From an uncultured Gemmatimonadota bacterium (lineage in GTDB: Bacteria > Gemmatimonadota > Gemmatimonadetes > Palauibacterales > Palauibacteraceae), in assembly GCA_964509895.1 (NCBI GenBank), contig CAZDZJ010000006.1, positions 2,523 through 66,522 of the forward strand: a stretch of DNA of 64,000 nt. Reading direction: 5' to 3'. The notes beneath the pieces were generated by a model. It saw only the letters and a program-made list of their open reading frames with translations. It did no database searches and was not told the origin of the DNA. Each line of letters begins with the position of its first letter. Position 1 is the first letter of the stretch. Shown here piece after piece: positions 1-8,891 of this stretch. The translations under genes were made by a program, and so were the position numbers.

Positions 1-222
1 CTCCCGGAGTCGATCGCCTCGTCCCTGTTCGGTAACGTGTTCGACCGGATCACGCTGAGCGCCATCGGGCGCAACCTGTTCACCTTCACCGAGTACCGCG
101 GGTACGATCCCGAAGTCGGCCGGGACGGCGGGGAGGTCGGGAGTGCGACCCTGAACCGCTACGACAGCTTCGGTTACCCGAACTTCCGTACGTTCACCTT
201 CTCGGCGGAGCTCGTCTTCTGA
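1..222 (+). CDS. TonB-dependent outer-membrane receptor, SusC/RagA type (C-terminal fragment, 5' end outside window)
   Basis: Frame 1 is open from base 1 to the stop at 220-222. The tail FTFTEYRGYDPEVG...GYPNFRTFTFSAELVF is the typical last beta-strand with terminal Phe of SusC-like transporters. A SusD-like gene follows directly. Confidence 0.8.
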   Translation, partial: LPESIASSLFGNVFDRITLSAIGRNLFTFTEYRGYDPEVGRDGGEVGSATLNRYDSFGYPNFRTFTFSAELVF

Positions 223-275
223 CGCCCCTCCAGGAACGGGGGTCAAGCGGACATGAATTCAGTAATGGAGGGGTC

Positions 276-2009
276 ATGAAAAGGAAGCTGACGCTGCCTG
301 CCGTCGCGCTGGCGCTGACGGTCGGCTTTACGGGCTGCGACCTGCAGGTCGACAACCTGAACGAGCCGGACCGGGCGCGAGCTCTGGCGGGCCCGGACGA
401 TGTGGAGACGCTCATCGCGAGCTCCTACCTCAAGGTCTGGGAAATCGGTCACTACTGGAACAACGCGAACTTCGCCTTCAACCACATGTCGAGCCGTCAC
501 ACGGCGACGTGGGGCAACATGGGGATGAACGACCTCGGTCGTGAACCCCGCGAACCGCTGCCGAACTCGGCCGCGTACAGCCCCTCGTACATCTTCGAGG
601 CGAACTGGGGCGATGCCTACGGCGGGATATCGGCGGCCTCGGACGGGATCCGGGCCCTCGAAGAGGGGCTGGAAATCGGTCCCGGAGGCGAGCGCAATGC
701 GCGCGCGCGCACGTTCGCGATGGCGAGCCAGGCCTTGCTGAACTGCCTGCTCGCGCTGTGGTACGATCAGGCCTTCATCGTGGACGAGACGGTGGATCTG
801 GCCGGTGAGCTGGACACGGTCGACTACAACGCCGTCTACCAGTACGCCGTGAACAAACTGGATCAGGCGGAAGCGGCCGCACGCTCGTCCTCGTTCACGC
901 TCCCGGACACCTGGATCAACGGGAACGCGTGGGACAACAACCAGTTCGCCGACTACCTGGTGAGCTGGAAGGCGCGCTGCGCGGCGAACCTGCCGCGAAC
1001 GGACGCCGAGGCCGCAGGCGTGAACTGGGGCAAGGTCATCTCGGACGCCGAAAACGGCATTCGCGAACTCGTCGCCATCGGCGAGGACCGTTCTTCCGGC
1101 ACGCCGTGGTGGAGCGGCATCAAGATCTTCATGCAGGAGAACCGGACCTGGCACCGCATGCACATGGACTGGGTGGGCATGGCGGACCAGAGCGGCCAGT
1201 ACCAGGACTGGCTGACGTTCCCCACGGAGCAGAAGACGGCGCGCGAAATGGCGTTCGGGGACGACAAGCGGTTCCCGGCGGTCAACGAGGATGGTACGCT
1301 CGGCGAGCCCGTGAGCCCCTCGGTGGCCTCGTTCGGTCCGCGCCACCGGTACAACGCGACGATCATCTTCCGGCCCGAGCGCGGGACGTACCGGCAGTCG
1401 CACTACGGCGACTCGCGGTACGACGCCTACACGCTGAGTTGCAGCCGGTGCGAGTTCGGTCCCATGGAATCCATGACGCACCAGGAGATGGACACCTACG
1501 TCGCGGAAGCCCACTACCGCATGGGCAACTTCGGGGCCGCCGCGGACATCGTGAACAAGACGCGCGCGGAGGCGGGCCTGCCGCCGGCGCCGTCGAACCC
1601 GACCGATGCGGTGCCGTCGAACGCGGCGGGCGAGTGCACGCCGCGGAAGCGGTACGATGTGCAGGGGCGCTGCGGGAACCTGCGCGACGCGATGTGGTTC
1701 GAGCACTTCGAGAACGTGTTCAACGTGTTCGGCGGACTCGAGTTCTGGCACGGGCGTCGTAACGACATCATGCCGGCGGGGAGCGCGCTGCAGTTGCCGA
1801 TCCCGGCTGCCGACCTCGAGGTGCTGCAGCGGGACATCTACACCTTCGGTGGAGGCGAGGCGAGTTCGGCCGGCAACCCCATTCCGCCTTCGATCGTGCC
1901 GGGCAGTCTCGAAGCCGCGCTGGAGCGGGCCGCGTACTCGCTGGAGCGCCTGCAGCGGAGTCTGCGGTCCGAGCAGCGGGCGGCGAACGCCGATCTCGTC
2001 GTGCGTTAG
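276..2009 (+). CDS. SusD/RagB family nutrient-binding outer-membrane lipoprotein
   Basis: ATG at 276 is preceded by GGAGGGG. The lipoprotein signal MKRKLTLPAVALALTVGFTGC is followed by DLQVDNLNEPD, the usual SusD N-terminus. Size (577 aa) and position after a SusC-like gene fit. Confidence 0.85.
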   Translation: MKRKLTLPAVALALTVGFTGCDLQVDNLNEPDRARALAGPDDVETLIASSYLKVWEIGHYWNNANFAFNHMSSRHTATWGNMGMNDLGREPREPLPNSAAYSPSYIFEANWGDAYGGISAASDGIRALEEGLEIGPGGERNARARTFAMASQALLNCLLALWYDQAFIVDETVDLAGELDTVDYNAVYQYAVNKLDQAEAAARSSSFTLPDTWINGNAWDNNQFADYLVSWKARCAANLPRTDAEAAGVNWGKVISDAENGIRELVAIGEDRSSGTPWWSGIKIFMQENRTWHRMHMDWVGMADQSGQYQDWLTFPTEQKTAREMAFGDDKRFPAVNEDGTLGEPVSPSVASFGPRHRYNATIIFRPERGTYRQSHYGDSRYDAYTLSCSRCEFGPMESMTHQEMDTYVAEAHYRMGNFGAAADIVNKTRAEAGLPPAPSNPTDAVPSNAAGECTPRKRYDVQGRCGNLRDAMWFEHFENVFNVFGGLEFWHGRRNDIMPAGSALQLPIPAADLEVLQRDIYTFGGGEASSAGNPIPPSIVPGSLEAALERAAYSLERLQRSLRSEQRAANADLVVR

Positions 2010-2068
2010 CCGTTCCCGCGGAGTTTCCGTGCGGGGCGCGCCTTTGGGCGGCCCCCGAGCCGGAAGGA

Positions 2069-2098
2069 GAGGCCACCGGGACCCCCGGTGGCCTCTTC
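2069..2098 (+). terminator. Stem-loop after the susD-like gene (putative terminator)
   Basis: GAGGCCACCGG (2069-2079) pairs perfectly with CCGGTGGCCTC (2085-2095) around a 5-nt loop, followed by TTC. The U-tract is weak. Confidence 0.45.
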
Positions 2099-2255
2099 GC
2101 ATCCGGGGTCGGTCGTGTCAGAAAGGGCGCACTTCGGACGTTCCCTCGTTGTGTGCCGCTCGTTCGCGGCACTAGTGTACCGTCACGGTATTCCGGCGAC
2201 GCTACACCGGCTTCGTGCCATGGAGAGGGCCCCGAGCAAGATCACAGAGGTATAC

Positions 2256-2426
2256 ATGAGACCGAGAGCCCCGCACTTTCTTGCATTATGCGCGATCCTG
2301 ATCGGCCTGGCGGGTGCGTCCGCCACCGGGTGTGTGGACCTGAACGTCGGGCCGACGGTTCCGGCCGTCGATTCGATGGAAACCACCGGACTCGACGAGC
2401 CCGGCAACACGAATCCCGGGAACTAG
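2256..2426 (+). CDS. Small hypothetical lipoprotein (56 aa)
   Basis: Internal ATG at 2256 of ORF 2088..2426 gives MRPRAPHFLALCAILIGLAGASATGC, a signal peptide with a lipobox Cys. No recognisable domain. The position downstream of susCD is suggestive only. Confidence 0.4.
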   Translation: MRPRAPHFLALCAILIGLAGASATGCVDLNVGPTVPAVDSMETTGLDEPGNTNPGN

Positions 2427-2507
2427 TGTAGTGGAGCCTCGGGCGACGGGCCCGCGCTGACGGGGACGGGCGGAGGATCCCCCGGTTCGTCCCGCCCGCT
2501 GCGGCCG

Positions 2508-3014
2508 GTGGCCCTCGGGATGGGGTCGAATCTCGGCTCTCGCATCGAACATCTGCGCGACGCGGCGCAGCGTCTGAGGAAGACCGTGCTGGTCGATGCC
2601 CGGTTCTCCCGTGTCTATGAGACCACGCCTGCGTACAACCTGGACCAGCCTGGATACCTGAACGCCTGTTGCGTCGGCTGGACGCGTCTCGAACCCGGCG
2701 CCCTGCTCGGCTCGCTCAAGGACCTGGAATCGCAGGCGGGTCGCGACCTGGGCGCACCGCGGTTTTCCTCCCGCCCCCTCGATCTCGACATCCTTCTGTA
2801 CGCGGACGAGGTTGTGGAGACGCCGCGCCTGACGATTCCGCACGCCGCGCTCCCGGAACGCGCGTTCGTTCTCCTGCCGCTGGCGGAGATTGCCGGAGAG
2901 TGGCGACACCCCCTGCTCCGGCGCTCGATCGCCGATCTGGCGGCCCGCGCCGATCGGGAGGGCGTCACGGCCACGGAATTGTGCCTGGAGACAACTGCCG
3001 ACAGAGGCTCATGA
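2508..3014 (+). CDS. folK: 2-amino-4-hydroxy-6-hydroxymethyldihydropteridine pyrophosphokinase (HPPK)
   Basis: LGSNLGSR..L..A...L, SRVYETTPAY, LDLDILLY and TIPHAALPERAFVLLPLAEI are the characteristic HPPK blocks. The stop overlaps the aroB ATG (ATGA at 3011-3014). Confidence 0.9.
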   Translation: MALGMGSNLGSRIEHLRDAAQRLRKTVLVDARFSRVYETTPAYNLDQPGYLNACCVGWTRLEPGALLGSLKDLESQAGRDLGAPRFSSRPLDLDILLYADEVVETPRLTIPHAALPERAFVLLPLAEIAGEWRHPLLRRSIADLAARADREGVTATELCLETTADRGS

Positions 3015-4132
3015 GCTGCAGAACTCTGGAAGTACGGGTCACCGGAGGCGCGAGCTATCGCATCGATATCGAACCGGGCCTGCTCGAGCACGTAGCGTCG
3101 ATCTGCCGGCAGTACGCGCCCGCGCATCGATACGCCGTGATCTCGGACTCGCAGGTCGCGCGTCTATACGGCGAAGGCGTCGTTTCCCGCCTGCGGGATG
3201 CGGGTCTCGCCGCCGACCTGTTCCCGTTCCCGGCGGGCGAGTGGAACAAGAGCCGGGACCAGTGGTCGGCGGTCAGCGACCGGATGCTCCACGCGGGGCT
3301 GGGCCGCGACTCGGCTGTCGTCGCGCTGGGAGGCGGGGTTGCGGGCGATCTGGCCGGGTTCGTCGCCGCCACGTACATGCGGGGCGTCCCCGTCATTCAG
3401 CTCCCGACGACGTTGCTGGCCATGCTCGACAGCTCCGTCGGAGGGAAAACCGGTGTCGACACCGAAGCGGGGAAGAACCTGATCGGCGCCTTTCATCACC
3501 CTTCCGCCGTGCTCATCGACACCGCCGTACTTGAAACGCTGCCGCGTCACCAGCGCTGCGCCGGGCTGGCGGAGGCCGTCAAGACGGCGGCGATCCTCGA
3601 CCTGGAACTCTGGGACTGGATGGCGGCGGGTGCGGCGGCGCTGGTCGCCGGCGACGCCCCTGCGTCGGCGGAGCTCATCGAGCGTGTCGTGCGGCACAAG
3701 GCGGCGGTCGTCGGCGAAGATCCCCTGGAACGCGGCCGCCGCGAGATCCTGAACTTCGGGCATACCGTGGGGCACGCGCTGGAAGCTCTCGAGGGCTACA
3801 AGCTCCTCCACGGCGAGGCGGTCGCCGCGGGCATGCGCGTGGAGTCGCGCCTGGGAGAACTGCTCGGAATCACGCGGCACGGGACCACCGACCGGATCGC
3901 CGAACTCCTGGAGGCCTGCGGGCTCGATGGCGACTGGGAGACGGACCGCACGCCGGCCGAGATTCGGGCCGCGATGTCGAGGGACAAGAAGGCGCGCCTG
4001 GACCGGGTCCGCTGTGTGTTCCTGTCGGAACTCGGAAGCGTGGCGACCGACCCGGATGGACGACACAGCTTCGCCCTCCGGGAGGAGGATCTCGCCGAAC
4101 CTCTCGCGACGGCTTTACGGCCAGCTTCGTGA
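3011..4132 (+). CDS. aroB: 3-dehydroquinate synthase
   Basis: Internal ATG at 3011 of ORF 2669..4132. Motifs GEWNKS, VALGGGVAGDLAGFVAATYMRGVPVIQLPTTLLAMLDSSVGGKTGVD and GKNLIGAFHHP are diagnostic AroB nucleotide/metal-site blocks. Confidence 0.92.
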   Translation: MSCRTLEVRVTGGASYRIDIEPGLLEHVASICRQYAPAHRYAVISDSQVARLYGEGVVSRLRDAGLAADLFPFPAGEWNKSRDQWSAVSDRMLHAGLGRDSAVVALGGGVAGDLAGFVAATYMRGVPVIQLPTTLLAMLDSSVGGKTGVDTEAGKNLIGAFHHPSAVLIDTAVLETLPRHQRCAGLAEAVKTAAILDLELWDWMAAGAAALVAGDAPASAELIERVVRHKAAVVGEDPLERGRREILNFGHTVGHALEALEGYKLLHGEAVAAGMRVESRLGELLGITRHGTTDRIAELLEACGLDGDWETDRTPAEIRAAMSRDKKARLDRVRCVFLSELGSVATDPDGRHSFALREEDLAEPLATALRPAS

Positions 4133-4204
4133 AGCTGAGATTGTCGGGTCCGTAGCCGGAAGGCACCCAGGGCTCCCGCACTTCTTTCACCGAACCGGCA
4201 GGCA

Positions 4205-5806
4205 GTGACCCCAGCCGAACCAGCACCGGCCACGCGCAGCGTCGCCGACCTGTTCTCCGCCCACGCGGAGTCGAACCCGCACGCTACGTGCATTCGGGCG
4301 CGGGGCGAGTCATGGAGCTATTCGCGCGTCGCGGCGCAGGCCCGCGCCCTGGCGGTGGGGCTTCACAATCTGGGCGTCGAGCCCGGGGACCGCGTGGCCG
4401 TCCTGCTGCCGAACTGGCCCGAATTCGTGATCTCCGCCCTCGGCGTCGCGGAAGCGGGCGCCGTCCTCGTGCCGATCAGTCCGAGCTGCTCGCCGCGCGA
4501 ACTGCGCTTCATGCTGCGCAATTCCGAGGCCGCCGTCGCGATCTCCGCGGAGCACTGGGACGGCGTGGACTACCTCCAGCGCTTCGAGAACCTCCTCACC
4601 CGGTTGCCGGATCTGCAGTACGTGGTGACCGTCGGCGAGGAAGACCTCTGGTATGACGACCGGATCTTCCAGTTCGAGGATCTCATCGCCACGGGTCGCG
4701 GTCGGGAGATTCCGCCGGCCGAACTCGATCCGCTCCGCGACCCCTGCGCCATTCTGTACACGTCCGGGACGACGGGTGCGCCCAAGGGTGTCGTCCTCAC
4801 GCACGACAACATCGTGCGCACCGCGCTCGCGACGGCCGCGCGGCTGGGCCTGGAGAGCGCCGACCGAACGCTCTGCGTCGTTCCCCTGCCGAACATTTTC
4901 GGACTCACGGCCCTGGCCATGACGCTCGGGACGGGAGGAGCGCTCGTGCTGCAGGAGGCCTTCGACGCGGCGGGCGCGCTCGCGCTAGCCACGGAGTCCG
5001 AGGCAACGGTCGTACACGGGGTCCCGACCATGTTCGTCATGTTGCTGCGGGCGCTGGAACGGGGCGGGGTCCGCCCCGACTCGCTGCGCACCGGGGTGAT
5101 CGCGGGAGCCCCGGTGGGCGATGACCTGGTGCGCGATGTGCGTAGCCGTCTGATTCCCGACCTCGAGATCGCCTACGGACTCACCGAGACGTCTCCGACC
5201 GTCTCGCTCACGACGCTGTCGGACCCCGATTCGAAGCGAACCCACACCGTGGGTCAGCCGCTCGAGGAGGTGGAGCTGAAGGTGCTCGACGAGGACGGCA
5301 CGGAACTCCCGGTGGAGTCGGTGGGCGAACTCGCCGTGCGGGGTTTCAACGTGATGCACGGGTACTTTCGCCAGCCGGGCCAGACCCGAAAGACCATGAC
5401 GGAAGACGGCTTCCTGAGGACCGGCGACCTTGCGATGGTCGACCCCGAGGGTTACCTGCATATCGTCGGACGATTGAGCGATGTGATTCTCCGCGGGGGT
5501 AACAGCATCCACCCCGCCGAAATCGAAGCGCAGCTCAGGTCCCACCCGGCGGTGGAAGAAGCGGTGGTTCTGGGGATCCCCAACGACGTGCTGGGTGAAC
5601 TCATCTGCGCCTGCGTGATCACGGCCGAGGGGGCCTTGATCACGGCCGACGAAATCCGCGATTTCTGCCACGAGTCGCTGGCAGAGTACAGAGTGCCGGA
5701 TCTCGTTCACTTCCTGGACGAGCTTCCGGAAGCCTCCAGCGCACAAGCGCGCCGCGTGAGTCTGGCCCGCATGATACGCGCCGAGGCCGAACAGGAGACG
5801 AGTTAG
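4205..5806 (+). CDS. AMP-dependent acyl-CoA synthetase/ligase
   Basis: AMP-binding signature ILYTSGTTGAPKGVVLTH, plus later YGLTETS and TGDLA blocks. GTG start at 4205. Confidence 0.9.
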   Translation: MTPAEPAPATRSVADLFSAHAESNPHATCIRARGESWSYSRVAAQARALAVGLHNLGVEPGDRVAVLLPNWPEFVISALGVAEAGAVLVPISPSCSPRELRFMLRNSEAAVAISAEHWDGVDYLQRFENLLTRLPDLQYVVTVGEEDLWYDDRIFQFEDLIATGRGREIPPAELDPLRDPCAILYTSGTTGAPKGVVLTHDNIVRTALATAARLGLESADRTLCVVPLPNIFGLTALAMTLGTGGALVLQEAFDAAGALALATESEATVVHGVPTMFVMLLRALERGGVRPDSLRTGVIAGAPVGDDLVRDVRSRLIPDLEIAYGLTETSPTVSLTTLSDPDSKRTHTVGQPLEEVELKVLDEDGTELPVESVGELAVRGFNVMHGYFRQPGQTRKTMTEDGFLRTGDLAMVDPEGYLHIVGRLSDVILRGGNSIHPAEIEAQLRSHPAVEEAVVLGIPNDVLGELICACVITAEGALITADEIRDFCHESLAEYRVPDLVHFLDELPEASSAQARRVSLARMIRAEAEQETS

Positions 5807-5917
5807 ACGGCGAACGGCAGTCCGAAGACGACCCCTCTCACCATCCCCCCCGCCCACCGGGGGCGAGGCAGAGGGGCCTCACCGGGCCGTTCGCAACAAC
5901 GAACGGAACAAGAGGAC

Positions 5918-8236
5918 ATGAACGACATGTACACGCGGGCGCCGCACCGGCGCTCCTCCGCCGATATGGCAAACGCCGCGGCGCTTCTCATCGACTTCGA
6001 CAACGTCACCATGGGGATCCGGTCCAACATGGGCCAGGAACTCCGAAACTTCCTCGAGTCGGACATCATCCGCGGCAAGGTCGCCGTGCAGCGCGCGTAC
6101 GCGGACTGGCGACGATATCCGCAGTACATCGTGCCGCTGTCCGAGGCCTCCATCGACCTCATCTTCGCACCCGCCTATGGGTCGTCGAAGAAGAACGCGA
6201 CGGATATCCGGCTCGCGATCGACGCGCTGGAACTCGTGTTCACGCGCCCCGAGATCGGGACGTTCATCCTCCTTTCGGGGGACTCCGACTTCTCCAGCCT
6301 CGTGCTGAAGCTGAAGGAGTACGGGAAGTATGTGATCGGCGTCGGGCTCCAGGAATCCACCTCGGACATCCTCGTCCAGAACTGCGACGAGTATTACAGC
6401 TACAACCGGTTGTCCGGGCTCACCTCCGCCGACGAAATCCAGACCGAGAAGCACGATCCGTGGGAGCTGACGAGCAAGGCCGTCGCGCTGATGGCCGAGC
6501 GCGGCGACGTCATGCGATCGGACCGCCTGAAGCAGGTGATGCTGGAGATGGATCCGGGCTTCGATGAGAAGACGGTCGGTTTCTCGCGATTCAACCGTTT
6601 TCTGGGTGAAGCGGTCAAGCGCGATCGCATTGTGCTCCAGAAGCGCGAGAACGGTCAGTACGATGTCGGGCTGCCATCGGGGGCGGCGTCGCTGACGGCG
6701 GGAGCTCACGCGACACCCTCCAAAGCGGAGGCGAAGCCGGCGCGGAGCCGAAGCCGGGGCGGGCGCCGCGGCGGCTCCGGCCGCGGCCGAGGTCGTGCGG
6801 CGGCCCCGAAGGTCGCGGAGGAACGCGCACCCACGAAGGCCGCGAAGCAGGTCGCGCAGGCGCCGGCGCCGAAAGCGGACGCTTCCGCCGCGATCGACGG
6901 TGCGTACGCGGCTCTGAAGCGTGCGGTGGCCGAACTCTCGCGGGATGGCGCGCCGGTCCGCGATTCGATGGCCAAGCGCAAGCTCCTGCAGTACGACGCC
7001 GCCTTTGATGAGGGCAGTTTCGGCTTCAGCAAGTTCAGTCTCTTCCTGCGGGCCGCGCACGACGCGGGTGTCGTGCGGATGTCGCGGCACGACGACGGCA
7101 ACAACTACCTGACCGCAGTCGAAGAACCGACGGCGGCCGTCCGGAAGGCGAAGGCGAAAACGGCCGTGAGCCCGGACGAGGCGGGCGGGCGATCCGCCTT
7201 GTCGGCCGCGGCCCGGGCGGCGCGGAAGACGCTCGGGCGTCTGCGGCGCGGGCCCGCGACCAGGAGCGAAGCGGCGCCGGCGAGCGGGTCGGCCGCCCCA
7301 AGCGAGGCACCGCCCCCGAGCAAATCTCCCTCCGCGGACAAACCGGCTCCCCGAAGCCAGCCGGCCGCCGGGAGTAAGCCGGCCGCCGGGAGCAAGCCGA
7401 CGCCTCGGACCCGACCGGCCGCCCGGAGCAAGTCGAAGCCTCGGGGCGAGCGGGCGTCTTCCGCGAGGAGAGCCGATACGCAACGGAAGGAAAAGGCGCC
7501 TTCCAGGGGGCCGAAGGCGGAGGCTGCGCGCACCGAACGGAGCGGGAAAGACGCGGCAGGCGCAAGGGGTTCGAAGACACCTGCGAAGGGCGAATCGGCT
7601 CGGCGAGGCAGCCGGCCCGACGAACCGCGCGGTCGGTCGAAGACGCGGGAGCGGCATGATCCGGGGCGCAAGCGCGACGCGGGCGCGAAGACGGAGGCCG
7701 CTGCTTCGGCGCCGAAGCGCGAACCGGAAACGCGAGACAGATCGTCGAGCGCCCGGGAGGAACCGGCCGCGCGGCGAACGCTCGGGCGCTACCGGTCCGG
7801 GTCCCGGGGGCGGGCGGCCGCGCCGGGTGCGGCGAAGAAGGCCGGAGCCCCGCGTATCGGCCCGATCACCGATGAAGGACCGGCCAGAACCGAGGCGCCG
7901 GAAGACGCGAAGCGGGGCCAGGCGCCGGCGACGCGCGAGGCCAAGGCGCGTGCGGCCGGCGGCGCGGAGAAGCCTCGCACCGGCACCGGTAAGTCGGCTG
8001 CGGCGGGGCGGAGGGGGTCGGCGCGGCCAGCGGCGAAGCCGGCCGGAGGGCCGATCGGGCACATGGTCCGAAACTACGCGGGCGTCGGGAAGCGGACGGC
8101 GGAGGTGCTCGTCGAGCATTTCGGCGACCGCGTGTTCGACGTCATCGATTCCGAGCCGGAGCGGCTGACCGAAGTGCTCTCCGCCGGCCGGGCGAAGGTG
8201 GTCGAGGAAGCCCGGCGCGCAGAGCGGGAGAGCTGA
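5918..8236 (+). CDS. NYN (LabA-like) nuclease domain protein with two OST-HTH modules, a long basic low-complexity region and a C-terminal helix-hairpin-helix
   Basis: NYN blocks ALLIDFDN and FILLSGDSDF. Two OST-HTH-like segments (..GFSRFNRFLGEAV.. and ..FGFSKFSLFLRAA..) with an RGG-rich linker. About 310 aa of K/R/A/P/S-rich sequence follow, then GVGKRTAEVLVEHFGDRVFDVIDSEPERL (HhH). All lie in one uninterrupted frame. The start could also be the ATG at 5927 or 5966. Confidence 0.85.
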   Translation: MNDMYTRAPHRRSSADMANAAALLIDFDNVTMGIRSNMGQELRNFLESDIIRGKVAVQRAYADWRRYPQYIVPLSEASIDLIFAPAYGSSKKNATDIRLAIDALELVFTRPEIGTFILLSGDSDFSSLVLKLKEYGKYVIGVGLQESTSDILVQNCDEYYSYNRLSGLTSADEIQTEKHDPWELTSKAVALMAERGDVMRSDRLKQVMLEMDPGFDEKTVGFSRFNRFLGEAVKRDRIVLQKRENGQYDVGLPSGAASLTAGAHATPSKAEAKPARSRSRGGRRGGSGRGRGRAAAPKVAEERAPTKAAKQVAQAPAPKADASAAIDGAYAALKRAVAELSRDGAPVRDSMAKRKLLQYDAAFDEGSFGFSKFSLFLRAAHDAGVVRMSRHDDGNNYLTAVEEPTAAVRKAKAKTAVSPDEAGGRSALSAAARAARKTLGRLRRGPATRSEAAPASGSAAPSEAPPPSKSPSADKPAPRSQPAAGSKPAAGSKPTPRTRPAARSKSKPRGERASSARRADTQRKEKAPSRGPKAEAARTERSGKDAAGARGSKTPAKGESARRGSRPDEPRGRSKTRERHDPGRKRDAGAKTEAAASAPKREPETRDRSSSAREEPAARRTLGRYRSGSRGRAAAPGAAKKAGAPRIGPITDEGPARTEAPEDAKRGQAPATREAKARAAGGAEKPRTGTGKSAAAGRRGSARPAAKPAGGPIGHMVRNYAGVGKRTAEVLVEHFGDRVFDVIDSEPERLTEVLSAGRAKVVEEARRAERES
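7359..7394 (+). repeat. 2 x 18-bp tandem repeat (1 mismatch) inside the low-complexity region
   Basis: agccggccgccgggagta / agccggccgccgggagca encodes PAAGSK-PAAGSK. A partial third unit follows. Confidence 0.9.
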
Positions 8237-8307
8237 ACGCGCCGGCTGGCCCGGGTTCGCGGGGCGCGCTACTCGACCTCGACCTTCTCGCTCGTCCCGC
8301 CGCCGAC

Positions 8308-8838
8308 GTGGCGCGCGCGCTGCTCGGCTGCACGGTACGCTCCGACTGTGGCGGCGAACGCACGGTCGGACGGATCGTGGAGACGGAAGCGTACACCGGA
8401 CCCGAAGACGAGGCCTGCCACGCGGCCGAGCGCATCGGCCGCACGGTGCGCAACGAGCCCCTGTTCGGCCCTCCGGGAACCGCCTACATCCACCTCAACT
8501 ACGGCATCCACTGGCTCCTGAACGTCGTGACGGGACCGGAAGGATTCCCCGCCGGCGTCCTGCTGCGGGCCCTGGAGCCGATCGAGGGGCTCGAGGTCAT
8601 GCGCCGCCGCCGGGGCCGCCCGGAACTCACGAACGGTCCGGCCCGGCTCGCCCAGGCGCTGGCGGTCGGGCCGGAGATGCAGGGGCACCGCCTCGACCGT
8701 CCTCCGCTCTCCCTGCACGGGGGAGAGCCCGTCCCGGAACCGGAGGTGGAGGTCACGACGCGGATCGGGATCTCGCGCGCCGCGGACCAACCCCTCAGGT
8801 TCTACGATCGACGGAGCCGCTGGGTCTCGAGGCGCTGA
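8308..8838 (+). CDS. mpg: DNA-3-methyladenine glycosylase (Mpg/AAG family)
   Basis: GRIVETEAYTGPEDEACHA, GTAYIHLNYGIHWLLNVV, VLLRALEP and GPARLAQAL are the conserved Mpg family blocks. Confidence 0.9.
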   Translation: MARALLGCTVRSDCGGERTVGRIVETEAYTGPEDEACHAAERIGRTVRNEPLFGPPGTAYIHLNYGIHWLLNVVTGPEGFPAGVLLRALEPIEGLEVMRRRRGRPELTNGPARLAQALAVGPEMQGHRLDRPPLSLHGGEPVPEPEVEVTTRIGISRAADQPLRFYDRRSRWVSRR

Positions 8839-8891
8839 GCCGCCGCGACGGGCCACAGGCGGCGGGTTGGCCAACCCCGGGGAGGACGTGA

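Noticed and set aside
5879-8119. A 746-aa minus-strand ORF antisense to the NYN/OST-HTH gene. Similar giant antisense or off-frame ORFs occur at 243..2102, 13589..14866, 34653..37835, 45109..48744, 58766..61519 and 61637..63634.
   Set aside because: Their translations are monotonous Arg/Pro/Gly/Ala-rich strings with no motifs. Each exactly mirrors a gene with strong family signatures on the other strand. This is the expected stop-codon-poor artefact of very high GC content.
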